Assembly (NCBI GenBank): GCA_963825635.1
Contig: CAWGTU010000002.1
Location: 58,638 to 122,637 of the forward strand
Origin: an uncultured Actinomycetes bacterium
GTDB taxonomy: Bacteria; Actinomycetota; UBA4738; HRBIN12
Direction: 5' to 3'
Length of the DNA: 64,000 nt
Numbering within the stretch: the first letter of the stretch is position 1; each line of letters starts with the position of its first letter. Both the position numbers and the translations under genes were made by a program. Positions 18,474 to 26,977 of the stretch are shown here, piece by piece. The notes under the pieces were generated by a model, which was not told the origin of the DNA, searched no databases, and worked only from the letters and a program-made list of their open reading frames with translations.

Positions 18474-20836
18474 GACCGCGAGCCTACCGACGATGTGGGG
18501 TCGGCGTTCCGCATCCGTGCTCGTGCCGCATCCAGGGCTCTCCAGACCCGCTCCGACGTGAGCGGCAGGTCGAGGTGGCGCACACCCCACGGCGAGAGCG
18601 CATCGACCACGGCGTTCTGCACGGCCGGGGTCGAGCCGATCGTCGCGGACTCCCCGATGCCCTTGGCCCCCAGGGGATTGACGGGCGTGGGGGTCTCGGT
18701 GCGCGCCGTCTCGAAGTGGGGGAACTCGGCCGCCGACGGCATCGCGTAGGTCGTGAGCGTCGAGGTGATCGGGTTGCCGGCCCCGTCGTAGCGGACCTCC
18801 TCGTACAGCGCCTGGGCGATGCCCTGGGCGAGACCGCCGTGCACCTGACCTTCTACCAACGCGGGGTTCAGCACACGGCCGCAGTCGTCGACCGCCACAT
18901 GCCGCACGAGTCGAACCTCGCCGGTCTCGGTGTCCACCTCCACCACAGCGACGTGCGCGCCGAACGGGAACGTGGAGCCCGGCTCGCGGTAGACACCCTC
19001 GGCGCGCAGCCCCGCGTCCAACCCCGGCGGCAGCGTCCTCGCGTCCTGGGACGCGGTGGCGAGCTCGGAGAGCGTGAGGGACCGGTCGGGCGCGCCGCGC
19101 ACAGCGAACCCTCCGCCGGGAGCCGCCTCGAGGTCGGACGGGTCGGCCTCGAGCAGATGCGCCGCGAGCGCTCGCGCCCGCTCGAGCACCTCCCCGCTGC
19201 GCTCGACCACCGACGACCCGCCCGCCTGCAACGAGCGAGAGCCCCACGTGCCCGCCCCGCGCTTCACGAGTGCCGTGTCGGAATGCACCACCCGGATCGC
19301 CTCGAACGGCACCCCGAGCATCCCCGATGCGAGCTGCGCGAACGCCGTCTCGTGGCCCTGGCCGTGCGGCGAGGTGCCCGTGGTCACGGTGACCGTGCCG
19401 TCGGGATGCGCCTCGACCGCGGCGAACTCCTTCGAGCTGAACGACGTGATCTCGACGTACGTGGCGACGCCGATGCCCAGCGCCATGTGATCGCCTCGTT
19501 CGCGTCGGGCGGCTCGCTCGGCGCGAAGGGCGTCGATCCCGGCGAGCCGCTCCGCCTCGCCCAGCGCACGCTCGTACTCCCCGACGTCGTAGACCGTCCC
19601 GGACGCCGTCCGGTAGGGGAACGCCTCGGGAGGGATCAGGTTGCGGCGTCGCACGTCGCGAGGGTCCATGCCGAGTTCGGTCGCGACGAGGTCGATCGCC
19701 CGCTCGATCAGCGCGGTGGCCTCGGGCCGGCCGGCCCCCCGGTAGGGCGCGATCGGCGTCGCGTTCGTCACGACGCTGCGCCCCCTCGAGGCGATACGGG
19801 GGATCGTGTACACCCCTGCCAGCATCTCGTGGGTCGTGTTCGGCAGGAACGCCCCGATCGGGTAGGCGCCCATGTCCGCGATCAGGTCCGCCCGCAGGCC
19901 CACGAGCGTGCCATCGCGTCGAGCGCCGATCTCGACGTGCTGCACCTGTCCTCGTCCGTGCGTGAGGGCGAGGAGCCCCTCCGACCGGGACTCGATCCAG
20001 CGCACGGGACGACCGAGCCTGGCCGCCACGGCGGCGACCACCAGGTACTCGGGATAGACCTGCAGCTTCGCCCCGAACCCGCCTCCGACGTCGGGGGCGA
20101 TCGTGCGCACGGCATCCTTCTCCACACCGAGGACGTCGGCGAGGTCGTCGCGGACGTCGAACGGGACCTGGGTCGAGACCCACGCCGTGAACGTGCCGTC
20201 GCCGTGCGGTTGCACCGCGATCGCGTTGCCTTCCATGGGCACGGCGGCCACGCGTTGGTTCACGAACCGCCCGCGCGCCACGACCTCGGCCCCGGCGAGC
20301 ACGTCGTCGTCCCAGCCCGCCTCGAACGAGGCGACCACGTTCGAGCCGTGCTCGGGCCACAGCCGCGGAGCCGTCGCGTCAAGCGCCGTCTCCGGATCGG
20401 TCACGGCGGCCAGGGGGTCGTAGTCGCCGACGACCGCTTCGGCCGCATCCTCGGCCCGCGCGAGGCTGTCGGCCACGACGACCGCGATCGCCTCACCGAC
20501 GAACCGCACCACGTCGCGGGCCAGAGCCTCGCGTCCGAAGGGCCCCTCGAGGGCGTCGGTCGAGCCTTCCACCACGCCGCTCGCCGGCAGGCGAGCGAGG
20601 TCGAGATCGGCGGCCGTGAACACGCCGGCGACGCCGGGCATCGCACGAGCGAGATCACCCTCCACGGCGTTCAGGCGCGCATGCGGCATGATGGAGCGGA
20701 CGAACACGGCGCGCAGGGCTCCCTCGATCAGCAGGTTCTCCACGTACCGGCCGCGACCCGTCAGGAAGCGTGGGTCTTCAGAACGGAGGGCCGTCACGCC
20801 GAACGTCGAGGGAGGCAACGTCGTCACGGGAGCCAT
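18470..20836 (-). CDS. xanthine dehydrogenase family molybdopterin-binding subunit (CoxL/aldehyde oxidase-like)
   Basis: N-terminal ALRSEDPRFLTGRGRYVENL motif and about 789 aa of Mo-binding large-subunit architecture. ATG 20836 was chosen; GTG 20827 is an alternative. No adjacent FeS or FAD subunits. Confidence 0.8.
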   Translation of the reverse strand: MAPVTTLPPSTFGVTALRSEDPRFLTGRGRYVENLLIEGALRAVFVRSIMPHARLNAVEGDLARAMPGVAGVFTAADLDLARLPASGVVEGSTDALEGPFGREALARDVVRFVGEAIAVVVADSLARAEDAAEAVVGDYDPLAAVTDPETALDATAPRLWPEHGSNVVASFEAGWDDDVLAGAEVVARGRFVNQRVAAVPMEGNAIAVQPHGDGTFTAWVSTQVPFDVRDDLADVLGVEKDAVRTIAPDVGGGFGAKLQVYPEYLVVAAVAARLGRPVRWIESRSEGLLALTHGRGQVQHVEIGARRDGTLVGLRADLIADMGAYPIGAFLPNTTHEMLAGVYTIPRIASRGRSVVTNATPIAPYRGAGRPEATALIERAIDLVATELGMDPRDVRRRNLIPPEAFPYRTASGTVYDVGEYERALGEAERLAGIDALRAERAARRERGDHMALGIGVATYVEITSFSSKEFAAVEAHPDGTVTVTTGTSPHGQGHETAFAQLASGMLGVPFEAIRVVHSDTALVKRGAGTWGSRSLQAGGSSVVERSGEVLERARALAAHLLEADPSDLEAAPGGGFAVRGAPDRSLTLSELATASQDARTLPPGLDAGLRAEGVYREPGSTFPFGAHVAVVEVDTETGEVRLVRHVAVDDCGRVLNPALVEGQVHGGLAQGIAQALYEEVRYDGAGNPITSTLTTYAMPSAAEFPHFETARTETPTPVNPLGAKGIGESATIGSTPAVQNAVVDALSPWGVRHLDLPLTSERVWRALDAARARMRNADPTSSVGSRS

Positions 20837-22001
20837 GCTCCCAGAGGCGCACACGCGGGAGGGATCGGTCACGCGACGACACCGTAGGACGCTCGGCATC
20901 GCCGCGACGGCGGTCGCGCTGGCGACCACGCCGATGACCTCGGCCTTCGCCGGGGGTGGGCCGTCGGTCCGCGTGGTGACCGTCGCCGAGCTCGAGCAAC
21001 CGGTCGGGTTCACGTTCGCTCCCAACGGACGCATCGTCTACCTGGAACGTGCGACCGGCGCGGTGCGTTCGCTCGACCCTCGCACGGGCCGCGATCGGCT
21101 CCTGCACCGCATCACCGGCGTGAACAGCGACGGCGAGCGAGGTGCGCTGGGAGTCGCCCTGCACCCGCGGTGGCCGCGTGAACCCTGGGTCTACGTCTAC
21201 GTCTCGAGGGCCCCGGCCGGCGGCGAACTGCGGAACCAGCTGATGCGCCTGCGCATCCGCGACGGCCGGGCTGTCTCGCGCGAGGTGCTCTTGAACTCGC
21301 CGATCGGCGGTCGCGCCAACCACAACGGCGGTCGCCTCGCGTTCGGCCCCGACGGCAAGCTCTACGTCATGATCGGTGACGGCGGCGAGGACCCCGGCAC
21401 CGCTCAGACGATCGCCGACGAGCCCCGCGGGAAGATCCTGCGCCTGAACCCCGACGGCTCGGTGCCCGCCTCGAACCCCTTCGCCTCGCCCGTCTGGTCG
21501 TTCGGCCATCGCAACTCGATCGGCTTCGCGTTCGACCCCCTCACCGGGCGTCTGTGGGAGAGCGAGAACGGTCCCGAGTGCAACGACGAACTGAACCGCA
21601 TCGTGGCGGGCGGGAACTTCGCCTGGGGTCCGTCACAGGCCTGTGACACGCCGGCGGCGGTCGAGGACACGAACCGCGACGGACCCGAGCCTCGGCGCAT
21701 GCCCGAGTTCACGTTCGCCGCGACCGTGGCCGCGACCGGCGTCGCGTTCTGCGATCGGTGCGGGCTCGGCGCGCGCTACGACGGCACGATGCTCGCGGGC
21801 TGCTCGAACGGTACCTGCAAGGCGACCGTCGGGCCGGTGATGCACGTCCCGCTGACGCCCGGGCGCTGGTCGTTCGCCGGCCCGCCGGCCGACGTTCCCC
21901 TGACGAACCACGACGGCGCGGTGTATTCCATGGAGGTCGCACCCGACGGTCGTATCTACTTCAGCGACGGGCAGGGCATCTACCGGCTGAGGCCGGCATG
22001 A
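20835..22001 (+). CDS. PQQ-dependent sugar dehydrogenase-like beta-propeller (glucose/sorbosone dehydrogenase family), secreted
   Basis: Signal-like N-terminus (RRHRRTLGIAATAVALATTPMTSAFA) followed by GSDH-type motifs (GALGVALHPRW, HNGGRLAFGPDGKLYV, LWESENGPECNDE). Confidence 0.7.
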   Translation: MLPEAHTREGSVTRRHRRTLGIAATAVALATTPMTSAFAGGGPSVRVVTVAELEQPVGFTFAPNGRIVYLERATGAVRSLDPRTGRDRLLHRITGVNSDGERGALGVALHPRWPREPWVYVYVSRAPAGGELRNQLMRLRIRDGRAVSREVLLNSPIGGRANHNGGRLAFGPDGKLYVMIGDGGEDPGTAQTIADEPRGKILRLNPDGSVPASNPFASPVWSFGHRNSIGFAFDPLTGRLWESENGPECNDELNRIVAGGNFAWGPSQACDTPAAVEDTNRDGPEPRRMPEFTFAATVAATGVAFCDRCGLGARYDGTMLAGCSNGTCKATVGPVMHVPLTPGRWSFAGPPADVPLTNHDGAVYSMEVAPDGRIYFSDGQGIYRLRPA

Positions 22002-22053
22002 GGCCCGCCGACCCACCGACCTACCGATGACGCACGAGGAGGACGAGGATCCG

Positions 22054-23163
22054 ATGCACATCCGAGCCTCGAGGACGCTCGCAGGAGCCCTGACGATCGC
22101 GCTCGCCACCGCCCTGATCGCCGCCGTGGCCGCCGGCCCCGCCGCGGCGGGAGCCGGCGTCGGCACGGTGAAGGTGGCGGACGGACTGAACGGACCCGCC
22201 GCGTTCACGTTCACGCCCAAGGGCACGATCGTCTACCTCGAGCGGGCCACGGGTGAGGTCCGCTTCCGCAACCCGAAGACGGACTTCGACCGCTTGTTCT
22301 TCCGCATCCGCGGGGTGAACGGCGCGGGCGAGCGCGGCGCGCTCGGGGTCGCACTGCACCCGCGCTGGCCCGAGAAGCCGTTCGTCTACGTCTACGTCAC
22401 GCGCACCGCGAGAGGGAAGCTCCGCAACCAGATCGTGCGCATCCGCGACCGCGGGGGGAGCGGGAGGGGACTCACGACGATCCTCACGACGCCCGCGAGC
22501 TCCAGCCCGTATCACAACGGCGGGCGCATCATGTTCGGCCCCGACGGCAAGCTCTACGCGATCGTCGGCGACGGCCACAACGCGAGGAACGCTCAGGACC
22601 GCACGGGGAACCTCCGCGGCAAGATCCTGCGCATGAACCCCGACGGCTCGGTGCCCGGCACGAACCCGACGATCGGAGGGCGGCGCAGTCGCATCTTCGC
22701 CTACGGCATCCGCAACTCCTTCGGCTTCACGTTCGACCCCGAGCAGGGGAACCTCTGGGAGACCGAGAACGGCCCCGAGTGCAACGACGAGATCAACTAC
22801 GTGCGGCCCGGCGGCAACTACGCTTGGGGGCCCGCTCAGGACTGTCCCGACACGAACCGAGACGGGCCAAAGCCGAGGCGCCAGCCCGAGGTCACCTTCT
22901 CGAACACGATCGGCATCACCGGCGCCGCCTTCTGCGACGGCTGCGGACTCGCGGGACGCGATGGGGATCTGCTGTTCGGCGCGTGCTGCGACGGCGGTCT
23001 CGTACGCCGGGTCTCGCTCGACGCCGCGCGCGACGACGTCGTCGGGGGCCCGATCACGATGCTGAACGCGCCCGGGGGCACGGTCCTGTCGATGGAGGTC
23101 GGCCCGAACGGAAGCATCTACTTCAGCGACAACGACTCGATCTACCGGCTCCGCGACGCCTAG
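22054..23163 (+). CDS. PQQ-dependent sugar dehydrogenase-like beta-propeller, tandem paralogue
   Basis: About 60% identical to the preceding gene with the same motifs (GALGVALHPRW, HNGGRIMFGPDGKLYA, LWETENGPECNDE). Signal peptide MHIRASRTLAGALTIALATALIAAVAAGPAAAGA. Confidence 0.7.
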   Translation: MHIRASRTLAGALTIALATALIAAVAAGPAAAGAGVGTVKVADGLNGPAAFTFTPKGTIVYLERATGEVRFRNPKTDFDRLFFRIRGVNGAGERGALGVALHPRWPEKPFVYVYVTRTARGKLRNQIVRIRDRGGSGRGLTTILTTPASSSPYHNGGRIMFGPDGKLYAIVGDGHNARNAQDRTGNLRGKILRMNPDGSVPGTNPTIGGRRSRIFAYGIRNSFGFTFDPEQGNLWETENGPECNDEINYVRPGGNYAWGPAQDCPDTNRDGPKPRRQPEVTFSNTIGITGAAFCDGCGLAGRDGDLLFGACCDGGLVRRVSLDAARDDVVGGPITMLNAPGGTVLSMEVGPNGSIYFSDNDSIYRLRDA

Positions 23164-23260
23164 GCTGCTGCGCAGGGAACCGATACCCAGAACGGCTGGC
23201 CGGGAGTAGGCTCGATGGGAGCCGGCCATGACCGCCCGAGACCCTCCGGGGGTGTGAGCG

Positions 23261-23410
23261 ATGGACATCGGACAGCCCAAGCGGATCATCGAGATCGAAC
23301 CGGCGACGCTGCCACTACCGGGAGAGATCGTGCCCGACCCCGAGGCCGAACCCGCAGCTCGGCCCGCTCGCGAGCCGGAGCCGGCCGTTCCCGAACATCA
23401 TCCGTCGTGA
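23261..23410 (+). CDS. small acidic Pro-rich ORF (49 aa), hypothetical
   Basis: Encodes MDIGQPKRIIEIEPATLPLPGEIVPDPEAEPAARPAREPEPAVPEHHPS and is preceded by GGGGGTG. Its TGA overlaps the GTG of the downstream gene (GTGA). Below the ORF-track size cutoff. Confidence 0.3.
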   Translation: MDIGQPKRIIEIEPATLPLPGEIVPDPEAEPAARPAREPEPAVPEHHPS

Positions 23411-23982
23411 GCCTGCGTTCCGCGACGCTCGAGGGCCTCGCCCCCGACGTCCGTACCGAGCCGATCGTCGCGTGGCGTGCGTGGGCCCTCACGGGCCGCC
23501 GCGACGGCGCCGGCCTGCTGCTGCGACCCGTCGCCAAGCGCGCTCGTACCTGGCAGCCTCGCGAGATCGTCCAAGCCTCGTGCCGCACGTCCCGTCGGCA
23601 CGATGCTCCCGATCCACTCTGTACGTGCGGGCTGCACGCCACGCACACGATCGACGTGCTCCGTCGCACGAGGTGCCCCGCCGTGCTCGGACGTGTCGCG
23701 CTCTGGGGTCGGGTGGTCGAGCACGAGCATGGGTACCGAGCGCAGTACGCCTACCCGCAGCGGCTCCGGCTGATCTGTCAGTTCTGTTTCTGGATGAGCG
23801 ATGCGCGCAGGTCGACGCCCGACCATGTCGGCTGGTTCCCGCACGACGAACTGATCCCCGTCTGCGAGGAACACCTGGCGGTCGCTCGGCGCAACGGTGT
23901 ATCGCCGCGGCTCGTGCTCCCCGCCTCAGAGGTGATCCAACGGCTGCGCGACGCCTACGCCGTCGACCCGCTGGCGGTCTGA
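23407..23982 (+). CDS. Cys/His-rich hypothetical protein
   Basis: About 191 aa from GTG 23407 (VSLRSATLEG...). Contains CTCGLHATH, CQFCFW and PVCEEH clusters. The upstream part of the track ORF is Arg-rich GC-shadow sequence. Confidence 0.4.
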   Translation: MSLRSATLEGLAPDVRTEPIVAWRAWALTGRRDGAGLLLRPVAKRARTWQPREIVQASCRTSRRHDAPDPLCTCGLHATHTIDVLRRTRCPAVLGRVALWGRVVEHEHGYRAQYAYPQRLRLICQFCFWMSDARRSTPDHVGWFPHDELIPVCEEHLAVARRNGVSPRLVLPASEVIQRLRDAYAVDPLAV

Positions 23983-23983
23983 G

Positions 23984-24523
23984 CTAGCGCCCGTCCCTCG
24001 CCGCTCGTTTGCGCGCGGCCGTGCGAGCGAGCCGATCCCGCAGATCGGCGGCCTGACGATCGACGTCATCGGTGGGTTCGGGGGAACGGAGCTCGGAGTC
24101 GTCGTCGCCCGCCACCTCGGGCGACGCATCGGCCGTCTGAGGCCTCTCACCGCCCGTCGCCGCCTCGATCCGCGCGCTGATCTCATCGAGACGTCGTTCG
24201 GCGTCACGGACCCGGCGCTCGGCGTCTTCGACCCGGCGTTCGAGCGGGGCGAGCGAGGCCAGGCGATCGCGGATCAGACGCTCACGCTCCTCGGCTTCTG
24301 ACGCGCGTGCGATCGAGACGTCGCGCTCGTGCGCGACCTCGACGAGCGCCATCTCCACGTCCTCGGCCTCGGCCTCGGCCGGTGATCCGGCGGACGGCTC
24401 GGCGGACGGCTCGGCGGACGGCTCGACGCTCGGTTCGTCGCTCGCAGGCGAACGAGACTTCGAGCCCCGAGACCGGAACCATCGTCCCGCGGAACGCTCG
24501 TCATCATCCATGACCTGAATCAT
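23984..24523 (-). CDS. acidic coiled-coil protein with EPSA tandem repeats, hypothetical
   Basis: 179 aa with an (EPSV/EPSA)x4 run followed by an ERR-rich coiled-coil segment. Confidence 0.45.
   Translation of the reverse strand: MIQVMDDDERSAGRWFRSRGSKSRSPASDEPSVEPSAEPSAEPSAGSPAEAEAEDVEMALVEVAHERDVSIARASEAEERERLIRDRLASLAPLERRVEDAERRVRDAERRLDEISARIEAATGGERPQTADASPEVAGDDDSELRSPEPTDDVDRQAADLRDRLARTAARKRAARDGR
24389..24436. repeat. 12-nt tandem repeat GGCGGACGGCTC x3 plus one degenerate unit
   Basis: Read directly from the sequence. It encodes the EPSAEPSAEPSA run in the minus-strand gene. Confidence 0.85.
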
Positions 24524-24682
24524 CGGCCGAACGGCCGCGCTCCTATACCTCCGCGCCCACCCCTATCGGATGGGCTCTCGACGTGACTGACGTCACCGAC
24601 CCAACCTCACCCGCCCGCTCAAGCTGCGAGGACTCTCCTCCGATACCGAGACGGAACCCCAGACGGAGACAGCTCGAAGTTC

Positions 24683-25489
24683 ATGACATCCCCCCGGTCG
24701 ATCCACCATGCCCTGACGGTCGTTGCGCTCGTGACGGCCGTGCTCATCTCTGCCGTGCCCGCGCACGCCCGCTCGGTGCTCGAGGGCGAGCTCGCCGAGC
24801 GCTCCGCGATCGTCGACGCGATCGAGCAGATGCGCGACCGCCGCGACCGCAGCGTGACCCATCTGCGCTCCGTGATCGCCGATACGTCCCAACGATTGCA
24901 ACAGACACCGAGCCGGGGTGCCATCGCGAACCCGGAGCGATTCCTGCATCTGCGCAGGGAGCTGCGCCAGCAACGACATGAGGCGGAACGCCGGATCGAG
25001 CGGTCGGGGCGGTTCGTCGAGCGGCGCATCGGCGCGCTTCAGACACGTCGCCGAACGATCGACGCCTGGGTGGCGACCTGGGGCATCTTCGAGCACTGCC
25101 CGATCCGCGGGTGGCACTCGGTATCCGACAACTTCGGCATCACGGTTCGGCTCCCGGGGGTGCCCGTCCATCGACACATGGGCAACGACATCCTCGCCGC
25201 CGCAGGCACCCCCATCGTGGCGCCGTTCGACGGGTACGCGTCGGCGTCGACGGGCGTGCTCGGAGGCCTCGAGGTCCGTGTGACCGGCGCGCGCGGGTAC
25301 GTCTACAACGCGCATCTCTCGTCGTACGGCACGCTCGGCCAGGTGAGCGCCGGCACCGTGATCGGCTATGTGGGTGCGACCGGTGATGCGACCACCGCCC
25401 ACGACCACCTGGAATGGCACCCGAGCGGCGGGCCGGCCGTCGATCCCTACCCGTACCTGGCCGTCAGCTGCGAGGGGGCGGTCCCGTAG
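24683..25489 (+). CDS. M23 family metallopeptidase (LytM-like) with N-terminal coiled coil
   Basis: Signal peptide, then a coiled-coil region, then an M23 domain with HRHMGNDI (HxxxD) and AHDHLEWH (HxH). Confidence 0.8.
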   Translation: MTSPRSIHHALTVVALVTAVLISAVPAHARSVLEGELAERSAIVDAIEQMRDRRDRSVTHLRSVIADTSQRLQQTPSRGAIANPERFLHLRRELRQQRHEAERRIERSGRFVERRIGALQTRRRTIDAWVATWGIFEHCPIRGWHSVSDNFGITVRLPGVPVHRHMGNDILAAAGTPIVAPFDGYASASTGVLGGLEVRVTGARGYVYNAHLSSYGTLGQVSAGTVIGYVGATGDATTAHDHLEWHPSGGPAVDPYPYLAVSCEGAVP

Positions 25490-25500
25490 TCCGTAACGGA

Positions 25501-26154
25501 CTAGCGGCCATTGACCGAGAAGTGCTGGTAGTCCTTCTCTCCTGCCCAGTCGCCGCCCCACTCCCACCCGACGGCGTGGAACGCCCACCACACCCGGTCG
25601 CGATGGTGCACCATGCCGCGGCGGTGGTTCGCCCGATCGAGGTACGCCTCACCGTCGGGCGGTGAGACGCCACCGCTCCACACGAACGGGTTCTGCACGG
25701 GGTTCAGATCGAGCGCGCGGCCGTACGCGTGCTGCGACCAGCGGCAGCACACGCCGGCGCGCCAGCGGCAGTTGAACGCCGACGTGTTGTTCGCCTTCAT
25801 CGAGCGCATGTCGTCGGCACCGTAGTGGTCGACGAGGCGCATCCGTCTGATCGGGAACCGGTCGTCGTAGAGGCGACGGAACACCCGCGCGACGTCGTCG
25901 GCGTACCAGCGGTGCACGACCATGCGCCCGGTATGCGCGTGGCGGTCGAACCCCCAGTACGAGATGCGGACGATCCGCAGGTCGGAGAAGCCCACGGGGC
26001 AGCCGGGCCGCCACGACCGCCCGGTCATCAGCTCGCGCGTGCCGGGCCCGATCGGCGAGATGCGCGACTCGTACTCCGGCGCGCCGGCCCTGGCCGGCGA
26101 TCCCCACGCCACGACGGCGGCGGTGACCAGGGCGAGTGCGACCAGGTGACGCAC
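25501..26154 (-). CDS. M15-family (LAS) D-Ala-D-Ala carboxypeptidase-like peptidoglycan hydrolase
   Basis: GTG 26154 with a GGAAGG ribosome-binding site. Signal peptide, then NCRWRAG...SQHAYGRALDL (the SxHxxGxAxD zinc-binding motif of M15 peptidases). Confidence 0.7.
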   Translation of the reverse strand: MRHLVALALVTAAVVAWGSPARAGAPEYESRISPIGPGTRELMTGRSWRPGCPVGFSDLRIVRISYWGFDRHAHTGRMVVHRWYADDVARVFRRLYDDRFPIRRMRLVDHYGADDMRSMKANNTSAFNCRWRAGVCCRWSQHAYGRALDLNPVQNPFVWSGGVSPPDGEAYLDRANHRRGMVHHRDRVWWAFHAVGWEWGGDWAGEKDYQHFSVNGR

Positions 26155-26156
26155 GC

Positions 26157-26900
26157 TCAGCTTCGCACCTTCCCGAGCAGCCGCAGGATCTCGAGGTACA
26201 ACCAGATCAGCGTCGCGATCAACCCGAACGCGCAGTACCACGACATGTACGTGGGGGCGCCGGCTTTCGCGCCTTCCTCGATGAAGTAGAAGTCGACGAA
26301 CAGGTTCAGCGCGGCCACGATGCAGATGCCGACGCTCACCGCGATCCCGAGCGGCGTGGGGTCGTTGATGAACCCGAGCTCCACCCCGAACAGCCCGAGG
26401 ACGATCGCGGCGACGTACATCAGCAGGATGCCGAGGGTCGCCATCATCACGACCGCCACGAATTTCTTCGTCACCTTCACGATGCGCGAGCCGTAGAGGA
26501 ACAGCGCGCCCGCGAACACCGCGAAGGTCGCGAACACCGCCTGCAGCACGATGCCGTCGAACTCCTGCTCGTAGCCGAACGAGATCACGCCAGCCCAGAA
26601 GCCCATGACGACGGAGTACAGCGGGCCGGTGAACGGCGCGATCTGTGGCTTGAACGCCGTGACGATCGACAGCACGATGAGTCCCAGCAGGCCGACCATC
26701 ATGATCGTGCCGACGGTGCCCGAGATCTGGTCCCCGAAGGACCAGCCGTACGTCGCGCTCGCGATCGCGAGCACGAGCAGGAACGCCGCCCTCCAGATCG
26801 TCCCGTTCAGCGTCATGACGGTGGGCGCGACGTCGGGACGGCCGGGGATCGTGATCGGTTCCAGGTGCGGCACGTTCTGGAACGTCTTCTCGTTCAGCAT
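26157..26900 (-). CDS. Bax inhibitor-1/YccA family membrane protein
   Basis: 247 aa with seven TM helices, typical UPF0005/BI-1 family. ATG 26900. Confidence 0.75.
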   Translation of the reverse strand: MLNEKTFQNVPHLEPITIPGRPDVAPTVMTLNGTIWRAAFLLVLAIASATYGWSFGDQISGTVGTIMMVGLLGLIVLSIVTAFKPQIAPFTGPLYSVVMGFWAGVISFGYEQEFDGIVLQAVFATFAVFAGALFLYGSRIVKVTKKFVAVVMMATLGILLMYVAAIVLGLFGVELGFINDPTPLGIAVSVGICIVAALNLFVDFYFIEEGAKAGAPTYMSWYCAFGLIATLIWLYLEILRLLGKVRS

Positions 26901-26977
26901 CTGTCGGGACACGCGGGGTCTCCTCTTCGTGCGGTCGGCTCGCCCGGGCATCGTATGCCGCGCGCGGCGCATGGCGG

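Noticed and set aside
16665-20360. 1231-aa minus-strand ORF spanning the S9 peptidase and running through the XDH gene in another frame
   Set aside because: Only the last 603 aa (from MSDHLPAWERRF at 18473) look like a real protein (S9 peptidase). The upstream roughly 630 aa are Arg/Gly/Ala-rich low-complexity translation of the XDH gene's alternate frame, typical of GC-rich shadow ORFs.
21633-22226. Minus-strand 197-aa ORF opposite the end of the first PQQ-dehydrogenase-like gene
   Set aside because: Antisense to a well-supported gene, Ala/Arg-rich, and with no ribosome-binding site or motif support.
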